The notes: generated from the letters alone by a model not told the origin. DNA of 64,000 nucleotides from Bacteroidaceae bacterium (GCA_017410245.1 JAFQRE010000042.1:136536-200535); one strand, 5' to 3'. Positions 1 through 8,427 are shown, counted from the first letter of the stretch. A program made the numbers and translations.

Positions 1-11
1 GTAAGGACTGT

Positions 12-530
12 ATGGGGATTGCTGTCAGTCCAGATAGACCTTATGATTGGATATTAAAACAAGTTCTTGCAAGGCTTTACAAAGCGGGGTTCAATGATTT
101 AAAGATTGATGATATCACAATCTGGACTGCTACTAGTGAAGAGATGGCCATGTATAAGAAAGGTGGTGTTAATGTTTTCAATGAAGGTTTCTGTTCTGTA
201 CGCGAGAATGGGAAAATAAAAATTTATATTCAGTCACATCACACAAAAATACATTTTGCAGGTGTATTGGCACATGAATTACTCCATGCTTGGTGTTTCC
301 AGCACGGATTATTCAATATCCCCTCACCTATTGCTGAAGGCATGTGTAATCTTGCAAGTTACTATGTATACCACTCTATAGACTTCCCGCTAGCAAGAAT
401 ATATGAAAGTATGCTCTTTGCCGATGAAGACCCTGTCTATGGAGATGGATTTAAAGCAATGTACAAATTTTATGAGGAACACGGTTGGGATGGTGTTCGC
501 TCAATCGTAATAAATTCAAATAACGAATAA
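12..530 (+). CDS. DA1-like Zn-metallopeptidase domain protein (N-terminus may lie outside the window)
   Basis: 172-aa ORF. The frame stays open back to base 3, so the true start may be upstream. AGVLAHELLHAWCFQHG...AEGMCNLASYY resembles the DA1-like peptidase signature (HEMMHAW...EG.CQ). The stop at 530 is 1 nt before the next start. Confidence 0.6.
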   Translation: MGIAVSPDRPYDWILKQVLARLYKAGFNDLKIDDITIWTATSEEMAMYKKGGVNVFNEGFCSVRENGKIKIYIQSHHTKIHFAGVLAHELLHAWCFQHGLFNIPSPIAEGMCNLASYYVYHSIDFPLARIYESMLFADEDPVYGDGFKAMYKFYEEHGWDGVRSIVINSNNE

Positions 531-531
531 T

Positions 532-1239
532 ATGGGTGTAGAAAGATTTAGAGGAGAATCCGCTCCTAACGCAGAGATGAAGTGTCTTTGTGTTTTAGTT
601 ATGGATGTATCAGGCTCAATGGAACCTTGCATTGAAGAGTTAAATGATGCACTTAGAAATTTTTTCAAAGACATTGAATATGCAAGAGGCTTGCCCGAAT
701 CAACAAAGGATCAATTAGAAATTTGCATATATGCCTTTGATGAAGAAGTAATGTTGAAGCGAAATCCTTGCTTACTTAAACCAGGTGAAGTTCCAGCTAA
801 ATTAAATCAAAGAGGAAGTACAACTGAATCAGTCGCTGCATTGCGAGCCGCTATTCAAATGGTTGAAGATCGCAAAGAGTTTTACAAAGATACAGGCCAA
901 CCATATTATAGACCGTGGATTGTGTTTATGACAGATGGTGAGCCATACCCATATAGAGAAAATGAGATTGCTGAAATCGAGGAACAGATTAGACTTGATG
1001 AAAAGGCAAAAAAATATCGTATAATGGGATTAGGTGTTGGAGAGAATATCTCAGAGAAAACCTTAAGACGACTTACAAATAATAATGCACGTAAATTAAA
1101 AGGAACTAATTTTGGTGCATTCTTCGATTGGTTAAGTAATAGTATGGGCATTATAGTTTCTTCTAAACCTGGTCAAAAAGTAGATATTTCTGCCGGTAGT
1201 GATGAATGGATGTCTAAATTTGATGATTTTGAAGTATGA
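532..1239 (+). CDS. TerY-type von Willebrand factor A (vWA) protein
   Basis: 235 aa. MIDAS motifs are present: VLVMDVSGSM (DxSxS), RGSTTE (Thr) and FMTDGEP (Asp). Size and layout fit stand-alone TerY-like vWA proteins. Confidence 0.8.
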   Translation: MGVERFRGESAPNAEMKCLCVLVMDVSGSMEPCIEELNDALRNFFKDIEYARGLPESTKDQLEICIYAFDEEVMLKRNPCLLKPGEVPAKLNQRGSTTESVAALRAAIQMVEDRKEFYKDTGQPYYRPWIVFMTDGEPYPYRENEIAEIEEQIRLDEKAKKYRIMGLGVGENISEKTLRRLTNNNARKLKGTNFGAFFDWLSNSMGIIVSSKPGQKVDISAGSDEWMSKFDDFEV

Positions 1240-2390
1240 TAAATTTAATAGAAAAGGTAACCTCCTTTTTTAAAAATCAAGTCTTTCAAAATACTCTTGA
1301 TATGGAAAAAAACAAGAGCATATCCAATGATTTTGACATAAATGGTTCTGATGTAATAGAAGATGATGTGGTGGTAACTTCAGAATCAAATAATGATAAT
1401 CCGTCCAATAATATTTCAGAAGAGGGTACTGTTAGCACCCTCTCTGAAAATGTTAAAATAGAAGAGATTCCAATAATATCGGATTCTGTGTCTAAAAATG
1501 ATATAGATGAAATTAATAAAGTTTATTTAAGTACTTTACAGTCCTGTGACAATGGTTATGTTATAGGTGCATCTATTCGTGGACGTTCGCACGAACTACA
1601 TGATACTCCATGTCAAGATTATCATATATTTGAAAAAGTTATAGACGGATGGTACATCCTAGCTGTTTCTGATGGTGCAGGCTCTGCTAAATATGCAGCT
1701 CGAGGAGCTAAAGCAAATAGTACCTTTTCAGTACGATTGGTAAAACAAATGTTGATGGAAAAACGCTGGATAGAAAACGAATATTTCCCGACAGAATTAG
1801 AATGGTATATTGAAGCTCGTGCAATATTTGAACGAATAAAACTAATTATTAGGACAAAAGTATCTGAATTGGAGGAGGAAAGTGTAGAAGCTGATTTTAA
1901 TGCTACGCTTTTGTTAGCAATAGTAACACCTAAAGGAGTTTTAACGGCTCATATTGGTGATGGCCGTATGGGATATTTGTCAGATGATGATGAATGGAAA
2001 GCGATGATGACTCCACATAAAGGAGATGAAGCCAATCAAACAATTTTTTTACAAAGTGGTTGGACGTCTCCTATGGTTCCAGCGTTTAAACTTGGTGGAA
2101 TATTTGTACCAGAAATAACTATTGTACGCGGTATGCCAAAGGCCATTGTTCTAATGAGTGATGGTTGTGAACGTGCATCATGGGAGTGCTCCATTATGGA
2201 TATTGAGAAGGGTAAGTTTGTTGATAATAATATTCCTTATAAGGGGTTTATGAATCCATTAATAGAGGCTTTAGATAGTTGTTCTCACGAAGATAGAATG
2301 CAACTCTTTGTGGATATATTGAACCATGGGACCACGGCCTGCGAGAGAGAATTAGATGATAAAACAATGTTATTAGCAGTATTCAAATGA
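1236..2390 (+). CDS. PP2C-family protein phosphatase with low-complexity N-terminal region
   Basis: 384 aa. ATGA start/stop overlap with the vWA gene. The first ~110 aa are Asn/Ser/Asp-rich. The rest carries PP2C_2-like motifs: GASIRGRSH, CQDYH, LAVSDGAGSA, HIGDGR, LMSDG. Confidence 0.75.
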   Translation: MINLIEKVTSFFKNQVFQNTLDMEKNKSISNDFDINGSDVIEDDVVVTSESNNDNPSNNISEEGTVSTLSENVKIEEIPIISDSVSKNDIDEINKVYLSTLQSCDNGYVIGASIRGRSHELHDTPCQDYHIFEKVIDGWYILAVSDGAGSAKYAARGAKANSTFSVRLVKQMLMEKRWIENEYFPTELEWYIEARAIFERIKLIIRTKVSELEEESVEADFNATLLLAIVTPKGVLTAHIGDGRMGYLSDDDEWKAMMTPHKGDEANQTIFLQSGWTSPMVPAFKLGGIFVPEITIVRGMPKAIVLMSDGCERASWECSIMDIEKGKFVDNNIPYKGFMNPLIEALDSCSHEDRMQLFVDILNHGTTACERELDDKTMLLAVFK

Positions 2391-4084
2391 TATATTATAT
2401 ACACAGACAGGGAAAAGATGTTGCGATTGAAACTGAAACTAAAGAACTAAGCAGTGGCGGACAAGGAAAAATCTATAAAATAAGTTCTCCGTATGAATTC
2501 AAGGATTATTGTGTTAAAATCTACAAAAATAAGAAGCACATAGATGAAAACAAAAATAAAATTCAATATATGATTCTTAATCAGCCGAAAAATATAGATA
2601 TGCATAATATTCGTATTTGTTGGCCTGAATACTCTCTCTATGATAATAAAGGGCAATTTGTGGGGTTTGTAATGAAGTTGGCACTTGGCTTCCCAAAAAG
2701 TAGGGATTTGAAAATTTTAAGTATCTATAGCTTTGGAAAAACTATCAAAGAAAAATATCCTGAATGTAAAGAATGGCACGATAAATTTGAATTAACCAAG
2801 TCTTCTGGAACATTGAACCGGATGAAAATGTTGCATAATTGGGCTTTAGCTGTTGAGTTAATACATGAAACGAAAAAGTATGTGATTGTAGATGTTAAGC
2901 CTGATAATGTTTTAGCTACGGCAGACGGTCGAATTTCAATTGTTGATGCAGACTCATTTCAGATTAATGATGGGGCGAATGTTTATAGAGGGCCAGTTGC
3001 AACGCCTGAATATTTCCCTAAGTTTGCCAAATATATTGAACGACAAAAACGACTTCAAACCATAGATTGTGATAATTTTGCACTAGCTGTCGCTTTTTAT
3101 AAAATTCTTATAGGAACGCATCCCTTTAGTGGTTTTAAATTAAAGCCCCCCTATAATACCGATGAATATGCAGATATTTCATCACATATTGAGGCTGAAT
3201 TGTTTGCATTTGGTAAAAAAACAGATTATATAGAATATTTATCTATAAATAATATGCATGAGCGATATAAAACTCTACCGCTTATTTTAAGAAGTATGTT
3301 TAAATCTGCATTAACAAATCAAAGTAATTTACCCATGGCTACAGAATGGAAAAATGCATTTAAACAAGTTCTGAACGGTCAAGGTGCATTTAAGCCTCAT
3401 GCAGATGTAAAGTTTAATAGTACCCCGAACTCAGAAATGAAATGTCTTTGCGTTTTAGTGTTGGATGTGTCTGGTTCGATGAAATTATGTATTAATAGTT
3501 TAAATGAAGCCCTCGATAAATTTATTCGGGATATACGTAAAGGTGTCAATGGTTTCAATGAAAGTTCGAAGGAATGTATAGAATTATCTATTATCCAATT
3601 TGATAAAGATGTGAAAGTATTGCATTACCCTTCATTAGTAGAACAAATTACCAATATCCCCATCTTAACTGTTCGTGGATTAACCACGAATACCTTGTGT
3701 GCATTGGATACAGCATTCGACGTAGTGGAAAAGAGAAAAAGAGAATATAAAGATTTAGGTATACCCTACTATAGGCCATGGATAATTTTACTTACTGATG
3801 GTAATCCGAATCCACTTAATCAAAATGAACTGAATAAATATGCTTCTAAAATTTCAAATGACATAGCTGAGTATAAATATATGCTAACGGCTATTGGTAT
3901 TGGTGAAAAGATTGATAAAAATATTTTATCAATGTTGAGTGATGGTAATTATAGTTTTATTAAACAAAATGGTTTCTCAAAATTCTTTCAATATTTAAGT
4001 GCTAGTATTAGTAACCCGGATAAGTGTTGTTCTCATGATGATTTGTTAGGAGAAATAGATGATTCTCTATCTATTATGTTGTAG
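2387..4084 (+). CDS. Hanks-type Ser/Thr protein kinase fused to a C-terminal vWA domain
   Basis: 565 aa. ATGA overlap with the PP2C gene. Kinase motifs: GGQGKIYK (G-loop), CVKIYK (beta3 Lys), VDVKPDNVL (catalytic loop), IVDADSF (DFG-like), ATPEYFP (APE-like). The C-terminal half is a second vWA domain (VLVLDVSGSM, RGLTTN, LLTDGNP), clearly paralogous to ORF 532-1239. Confidence 0.8.
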   Translation: MIYYIHRQGKDVAIETETKELSSGGQGKIYKISSPYEFKDYCVKIYKNKKHIDENKNKIQYMILNQPKNIDMHNIRICWPEYSLYDNKGQFVGFVMKLALGFPKSRDLKILSIYSFGKTIKEKYPECKEWHDKFELTKSSGTLNRMKMLHNWALAVELIHETKKYVIVDVKPDNVLATADGRISIVDADSFQINDGANVYRGPVATPEYFPKFAKYIERQKRLQTIDCDNFALAVAFYKILIGTHPFSGFKLKPPYNTDEYADISSHIEAELFAFGKKTDYIEYLSINNMHERYKTLPLILRSMFKSALTNQSNLPMATEWKNAFKQVLNGQGAFKPHADVKFNSTPNSEMKCLCVLVLDVSGSMKLCINSLNEALDKFIRDIRKGVNGFNESSKECIELSIIQFDKDVKVLHYPSLVEQITNIPILTVRGLTTNTLCALDTAFDVVEKRKREYKDLGIPYYRPWIILLTDGNPNPLNQNELNKYASKISNDIAEYKYMLTAIGIGEKIDKNILSMLSDGNYSFIKQNGFSKFFQYLSASISNPDKCCSHDDLLGEIDDSLSIML

Positions 4085-4094
4085 AATAAGATTT

Positions 4095-4259
4095 ATGAGC
4101 AAACTAAAGATTCCTGGAGTTTCATTTTCGTTGAAGCGTGCATTAGGATTGACAAAACTGAAGCAGAAGATTAGTCGCCAGACTGGAATTCCTATGAGTG
4201 AGAGCGGAATAGAGCGTAAATTAGGTAGATTGTTGTTGGATAAAATCTTTAAGAGATAA
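4095..4259 (+). CDS. small basic hypothetical protein (54 aa)
   Basis: This uses the internal ATG of the 66-aa track ORF. Product is MSKLKIPGVSFSLKRALGLTKLKQKISRQTGIPMSESGIERKLG..., Lys/Arg-rich. No family recognised. Confidence 0.35.
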   Translation: MSKLKIPGVSFSLKRALGLTKLKQKISRQTGIPMSESGIERKLGRLLLDKIFKR

Positions 4260-4268
4260 GTTCTTACT

Positions 4269-5093
4269 ATGGATTCTAAAGTAGCCATTCGAGGATTAGA
4301 TATTTCGACCATACTACATCCTGAAGACAAATCGACGATGGATACCCTGAAAAAGATTCCGGGGTTTAAGACTGTTGTTGATAGGACTGTGGGCAGTGTA
4401 ATGGAAAAATATGCTGCGGTTGAATATTCGGGAGAGGGTATCAATGTATCGGAGCAATGCCTTCCTGCTTTGAATAGTCAGATTAGGGAAGCTTGCAGAA
4501 TACTTGACATGCAGGAGATTCCAAATTGCTCTATAAACTGGTTCTACCATATTGGCTCTTTTTCTGTTGGTGAAAAGAGCAAGCGAATGGTTTTTCCATC
4601 TGGTTCAATAGATTTATTGACAGCGGAGGAACTGAATTTCTTGATAGGTCACGAACTGGGGCACATGAAGTGCGGTCATAAAACGTATCATATGTTGACT
4701 GAGGCTATGTATCGTCCGATGGTAGGCTCGGACATGGAATTTATAATGAGTTTGATTAAGATGCCTCTGCTCAATTGGTATCGAGTGTCGGATTTTACGG
4801 CTGACCGTATGGGACTTTTGTGCTGCCAAGATATTGAGGTGGCCATCAAGACTATGATAAAGATGGCCGGATTGCCCAAGAAATACCATAATCAGATTCA
4901 TATTGAGTCTTTCATTCAGCAAGCAATAGATTTCAACAAGAACCATTCCGGTTTTTTTGATGAGATGGTGAAGTATCTTTCTATTAATGCTGCTTGTATG
5001 CCTTGGTTGGTATTGAGAGCCTCTGAGTTATTGATATGGTATCAGTCGGGGGAGTATGATAGAATTTTGAATAAAAGTAAATCCATCAGATAA
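4269..5093 (+). CDS. M48-family Zn-metallopeptidase (soluble type)
   Basis: 274 aa. FLIGHELGHMKCGH is an HExxH motif in the typical M48 context (NAF-like segment, then EL..hhhHElGH). No obvious transmembrane segments. Confidence 0.7.
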   Translation: MDSKVAIRGLDISTILHPEDKSTMDTLKKIPGFKTVVDRTVGSVMEKYAAVEYSGEGINVSEQCLPALNSQIREACRILDMQEIPNCSINWFYHIGSFSVGEKSKRMVFPSGSIDLLTAEELNFLIGHELGHMKCGHKTYHMLTEAMYRPMVGSDMEFIMSLIKMPLLNWYRVSDFTADRMGLLCCQDIEVAIKTMIKMAGLPKKYHNQIHIESFIQQAIDFNKNHSGFFDEMVKYLSINAACMPWLVLRASELLIWYQSGEYDRILNKSKSIR

Positions 5094-5117
5094 AAGTTAA
5101 ACTTAATATTAGTTGTT

Positions 5118-5324
5118 ATGAATGCAAGTGTAAACAATCGGGTTAATCAGGAAAACATTCTTGCGATATTGAACAACAATGTTATCAAGGAAGAGAGTAG
5201 GAAGGAAGCTATGATAGCTATGGGACTTTCGTCTTGTCAGGTGGCTTGTATGTCATATAAATGCTGCACCGGGCATGGTAGTGGAGGAAAACACTCCCGA
5301 CATTCCTATAAGATTAAGCATTAG
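5118..5324 (+). CDS. putative RiPP precursor peptide (68 aa, Cys-containing core)
   Basis: The stop lies 2 nt before the radical SAM start. The N-terminal ~35 aa look leader-like (NQENILAILNNNVIKEESRKEAM). The C-terminal part, SSCQVACMSYKCCTGHGSGGKHSRHSYKIKH, has 4 Cys and a His/Lys-rich tail. Confidence 0.5.
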   Translation: MNASVNNRVNQENILAILNNNVIKEESRKEAMIAMGLSSCQVACMSYKCCTGHGSGGKHSRHSYKIKH

Positions 5325-5326
5325 CA

Positions 5327-6556
5327 ATGGAGATACGGACACGCTCTGGTAATATATACTCTTACAACAAACATACCGGCGAGATTCTTGGCGGTTCTAT
5401 AAGTGCGCAACTTCCTGTGTGGGATTTTGCGCCTTTTGTCTCTTTTGAGTCAATGCCGCAAGTCGATTCGTTTATCTTGGGGATAACAGAGCAATGTAAT
5501 CTTCGTTGTACTTATTGTTGCTACTCCGGGAGCTATGTTAATAAGCGGGTGCACAATATCACCTCTATGGACTCAAGGGGCATTGATGAAATTCTTGCAT
5601 TTATAGATTCATTTACAGGCAAGAGACCGATTAAATTGTTTATATACGGAGGAGAGCCTTTGCTCAACTACAACTTGGTTAAATATACTATTGAAAAATC
5701 TCGCAAACGATGGAGCAATGATGTGAGTTTTACGATCTCCACAAATGGCACGACCTTGACCAAGGAGCGCATTGATTGGTTGGTGGCTAATAATATTGTA
5801 TTGGCTCTATCTATTGATGGGACAAAACCATTTCACGATAGTTATCGAGTAGACGCACAAGGTAATGGTTCATATACGAGAGTTTATGATGCGTTGAAGT
5901 ACATCAAGACAACTTATCCAGAGTATGCAAAAGAGATGTCGTTGATTATGACCCTCGCATCGTTTGACAAGATCGTAGATATTGCGGAGGCGTGGCATAA
6001 TGATGAGATTTTACACGATATGTCACCCACAATGATGAACTCCTTAGCTCCGAATTTCAGCCAAGGTGTTGATCGGGCAGACTACGAAGAGGTGAAAGAG
6101 TTCTACGATACGTTGCTTGATACTTATGAGAAACATCAAGATTGGGTTGTATTGAGAAAGTTATTAGAGTCTTGTGTTGCATACTGGAAAGAGCGCCCAA
6201 TCTTTGAGCCGTCATCTGCTGTGCCTATGGCCACTTGCCTGCCTAATAACACAAAGTTGTACATCGATTCTAACCTTCAGATAGGTGTATGCGAAAAAAT
6301 GTCTGATAACTACCGCATAGGCAATATCAAGGACGGCATTGATTGGGTTAAGGCTAATTCAGTCGTTCGTGATTACTACAATAAGCGAGTTGAGCGTTGT
6401 AAAGATTGTTCTGCTGTTAGAATGTGCAATATGTGCTTGACAGCGATGGAGTATACAGATGAACAATGGGATATCTTGTGTCACAACGAGCTGGTATATA
6501 CTCGAGTGTTTATGTATCTGTTTTGTGAAATGGCAGAAAGAGGTTTGATAAGATGA
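5327..6556 (+). CDS. radical SAM enzyme with C-terminal SPASM-like Cys cluster (peptide-modifying maturase candidate)
   Basis: 409 aa. C57-x3-C61-x2-C64 (EQCNLRCTYCCYSG), a GGEPLL SAM-binding motif, and C-terminal Cys clusters CLPNN...GVCEKM and CKDCSAVRMCNMC. Confidence 0.85.
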   Translation: MEIRTRSGNIYSYNKHTGEILGGSISAQLPVWDFAPFVSFESMPQVDSFILGITEQCNLRCTYCCYSGSYVNKRVHNITSMDSRGIDEILAFIDSFTGKRPIKLFIYGGEPLLNYNLVKYTIEKSRKRWSNDVSFTISTNGTTLTKERIDWLVANNIVLALSIDGTKPFHDSYRVDAQGNGSYTRVYDALKYIKTTYPEYAKEMSLIMTLASFDKIVDIAEAWHNDEILHDMSPTMMNSLAPNFSQGVDRADYEEVKEFYDTLLDTYEKHQDWVVLRKLLESCVAYWKERPIFEPSSAVPMATCLPNNTKLYIDSNLQIGVCEKMSDNYRIGNIKDGIDWVKANSVVRDYYNKRVERCKDCSAVRMCNMCLTAMEYTDEQWDILCHNELVYTRVFMYLFCEMAERGLIR

Positions 6557-7047
6557 GTGTTATTCCCAATGTAAGTACAAAGCATAGTCTGCTTACTCAT
6601 GTATCAGAAGAAGATATGAGCACACTCCGAGAAATCTTCGAGGATGTCGAGACCAAAAGATTTCTTCCAGAGCTATATGAACTATTAGATGCTCCTGCAG
6701 GCTTACAAAAATTTGTTTCAACCTTTGAACTATATTCGCAGAATGGTGAAGGGTATTTGTGGGGCATTTATTGTGATGATACGTTGCTCGGATTTGTCGC
6801 AGTAATAGATTTGTCATACAATCCTTCTCTTTTTTACGCTACCCACCCGGCATATCGTTGTCATGGATATATGAAAGGTGCTATATCGGCTGTCTTAGAT
6901 TATATTGGAAAGAGAAGTCTGTGTCATAATATATCAACCGATGTGTATAAAGCGAATAGCACCTCTATACATATTCTACAACAATTAGGTTTTAGTGTTT
7001 ACAAAGAGGACTGTGATAAAGTTTATTTGTCAAAGGTACTTGCTTAG
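6553..7047 (+). CDS. GNAT-family N-acetyltransferase (RimJ/RimL-like)
   Basis: 164 aa. ATGA overlap with the radical SAM gene. GNAT-like core: LLGFVAVIDL, YRCHGYMKGAISAVLDYI, NSTSIHILQQLGF. Confidence 0.65.
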   Translation: MSVIPNVSTKHSLLTHVSEEDMSTLREIFEDVETKRFLPELYELLDAPAGLQKFVSTFELYSQNGEGYLWGIYCDDTLLGFVAVIDLSYNPSLFYATHPAYRCHGYMKGAISAVLDYIGKRSLCHNISTDVYKANSTSIHILQQLGFSVYKEDCDKVYLSKVLA

Positions 7048-7179
7048 TTTCGAGTCGTTTATTGATAAAACAATGTAGAATAGGGGTTGCTAAAGTAGTT
7101 TGAATGATAGTTTTTTGGTGAGTGTAACCGTCTATATAAGAAAAACAAAAGAAATTATAACATTATAATAATAGTTCAT

Positions 7180-7626
7180 ATGAGTAAATACAATGATTAT
7201 GGAGAATTTATGGTAGCAGTGCTTAATGAGGCTGATTATAAGTGCCATCTAAACTCTTATGGAAGTTTAGTTAAGTTGTTTGGTTTAAGTGGAACCAATG
7301 AAAAGCTGATATCAATTATAATTACAATTTTTGAGATAGGCTGGCCTGCATTTAAGGCGACTTGTGCCTTATTGATTCTTGGACCTATTGCTTTTGTTGG
7401 TGCACTTACAGCATTTATTGTAGGAGGAGTAGGAGCAATCATTGTGGCTGCTTTGGCTATTTACGGTGGAGTAAAAGCAATTCATCTTCTGTATGCCAAC
7501 AAGACAACTCCACTTAAAATATACGAAGTTGGCAAAAAGTACAAACCTCGTTTTGATGATCATATCAATGAGTACTCGTATATTGACAATCTGATTGACG
7601 AAGCTGCAAATGATTTAATAAACTAA
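7180..7626 (+). CDS. small membrane protein, Gly/Ala-rich transmembrane hairpin
   Basis: 148 aa. The hydrophobic stretch ISIIITIFEIGWPAFKATCALLILGPIAFVGALTAFIVGGVGAIIVAALAIYGG predicts 2-3 TM helices with small-xxx-small packing motifs. Confidence 0.5.
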   Translation: MSKYNDYGEFMVAVLNEADYKCHLNSYGSLVKLFGLSGTNEKLISIIITIFEIGWPAFKATCALLILGPIAFVGALTAFIVGGVGAIIVAALAIYGGVKAIHLLYANKTTPLKIYEVGKKYKPRFDDHINEYSYIDNLIDEAANDLIN

Positions 7627-7636
7627 CTCTATAATT

Positions 7637-7891
7637 ATGGCAAATATTAATTACTACAAATGCTCTCGTTGTGGAGAGATTACACGACAAATTGAAATTA
7701 GTCAGAGAGAATTGACTGCTATTGAAGGCGGTGCATGGTGGGAACAAGCTTTTTCAGCTATAAATGATATAGATGGATTATCTTTTTTATTTAGGGAGGC
7801 AGGAATCCTTCGACCATATAAATGTACTAAATGTGGACGTGTTTCTAATAGGTCATTTGGAGGAGATGACAAAGGATATCTTGCTGGATAA
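7637..7891 (+). CDS. zinc-ribbon protein (CxxC...CxxC)
   Basis: 84 aa. The pairs CSRCGE and CTKCGR lie ~55 aa apart. Confidence 0.5.
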   Translation: MANINYYKCSRCGEITRQIEISQRELTAIEGGAWWEQAFSAINDIDGLSFLFREAGILRPYKCTKCGRVSNRSFGGDDKGYLAG

Positions 7892-7912
7892 TAAAGATTA
7901 ACTAAGAACAGA

Positions 7913-8002
7913 ATGATGACTATAAATCCCCTAGGTTGTATTATTGTTGGAGTAGTTTCGGTTGTAGCGATCTATGAGGATACGAAAAAGAATGAACAAT
8001 AA
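7913..8002 (+). CDS. possible 29-aa hydrophobic micropeptide
   Basis: Hand-translated ORF, below the track cutoff: MMTINPLGCIIVGVVSVVAIYEDTKKNEQ. It has one predicted TM helix and a charged tail. There is no other support. Confidence 0.2.
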   Translation: MMTINPLGCIIVGVVSVVAIYEDTKKNEQ

Positions 8003-8114
8003 ATATTGTAGAAATTATCGATGGTTATCGTCTATTTGATAGACCCAAATGTAACACAAGGTATCTTAATCTATTAGTAATAATAAGACAAATAACTAAT
8101 TAATAATAACGATT

Positions 8115-8300
8115 ATGGGCATTATAGGAGCAATATATCATGGAATTAAAGGTGGCTATAAGCTTTTGGTTGATGATTCAGATGCAGCAAGTGAAGAATT
8201 AGACAAGGCTGTTGATAGTCTTCATAAAACCGTTGTTATCGACCCAATTGGAATTAGTGACATACCAGATATCATTGATGATATATCTGAAGAGTGCTAG
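8115..8300 (+). CDS. small acidic hypothetical protein (61 aa)
   Basis: Track ORF with a Gly-rich N-terminus (MGIIGAIYHGIKGG) and a very acidic C-terminus (DIPDIIDDISEEC). Confidence 0.35.
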   Translation: MGIIGAIYHGIKGGYKLLVDDSDAASEELDKAVDSLHKTVVIDPIGISDIPDIIDDISEEC

Positions 8301-8427
8301 ATGCAATAGTGTATCTATATACTCATCTATGCGATGATTAAAGGTAAAGATTTAATTGAGCAAAAGATCCGGGATTCTAAAAACAAGAAGTGATAGGAAG
8401 TTTTCTAAAACCTTAATATTCAAAATT

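Noticed and set aside
4059-4094. Longer 66-aa version of the small basic ORF, starting inside the kinase::vWA gene
   Set aside because: The extra N-terminal residues (MILYLLCCRIRF) overlap the preceding gene's 3' end in another frame. The internal ATG at 4095 is more plausible.
5327-6556. Alternative call: anaerobic sulfatase-maturating enzyme (anSME)
   Set aside because: anSMEs share the rSAM/SPASM layout and size. Here there is no sulfatase gene nearby, the adjacent peptide lacks a C/S-x-P/A-x-R motif, and the gene is tightly coupled to a small Cys-containing ORF and a GNAT. The possibility is kept as the main refutation test rather than the call.
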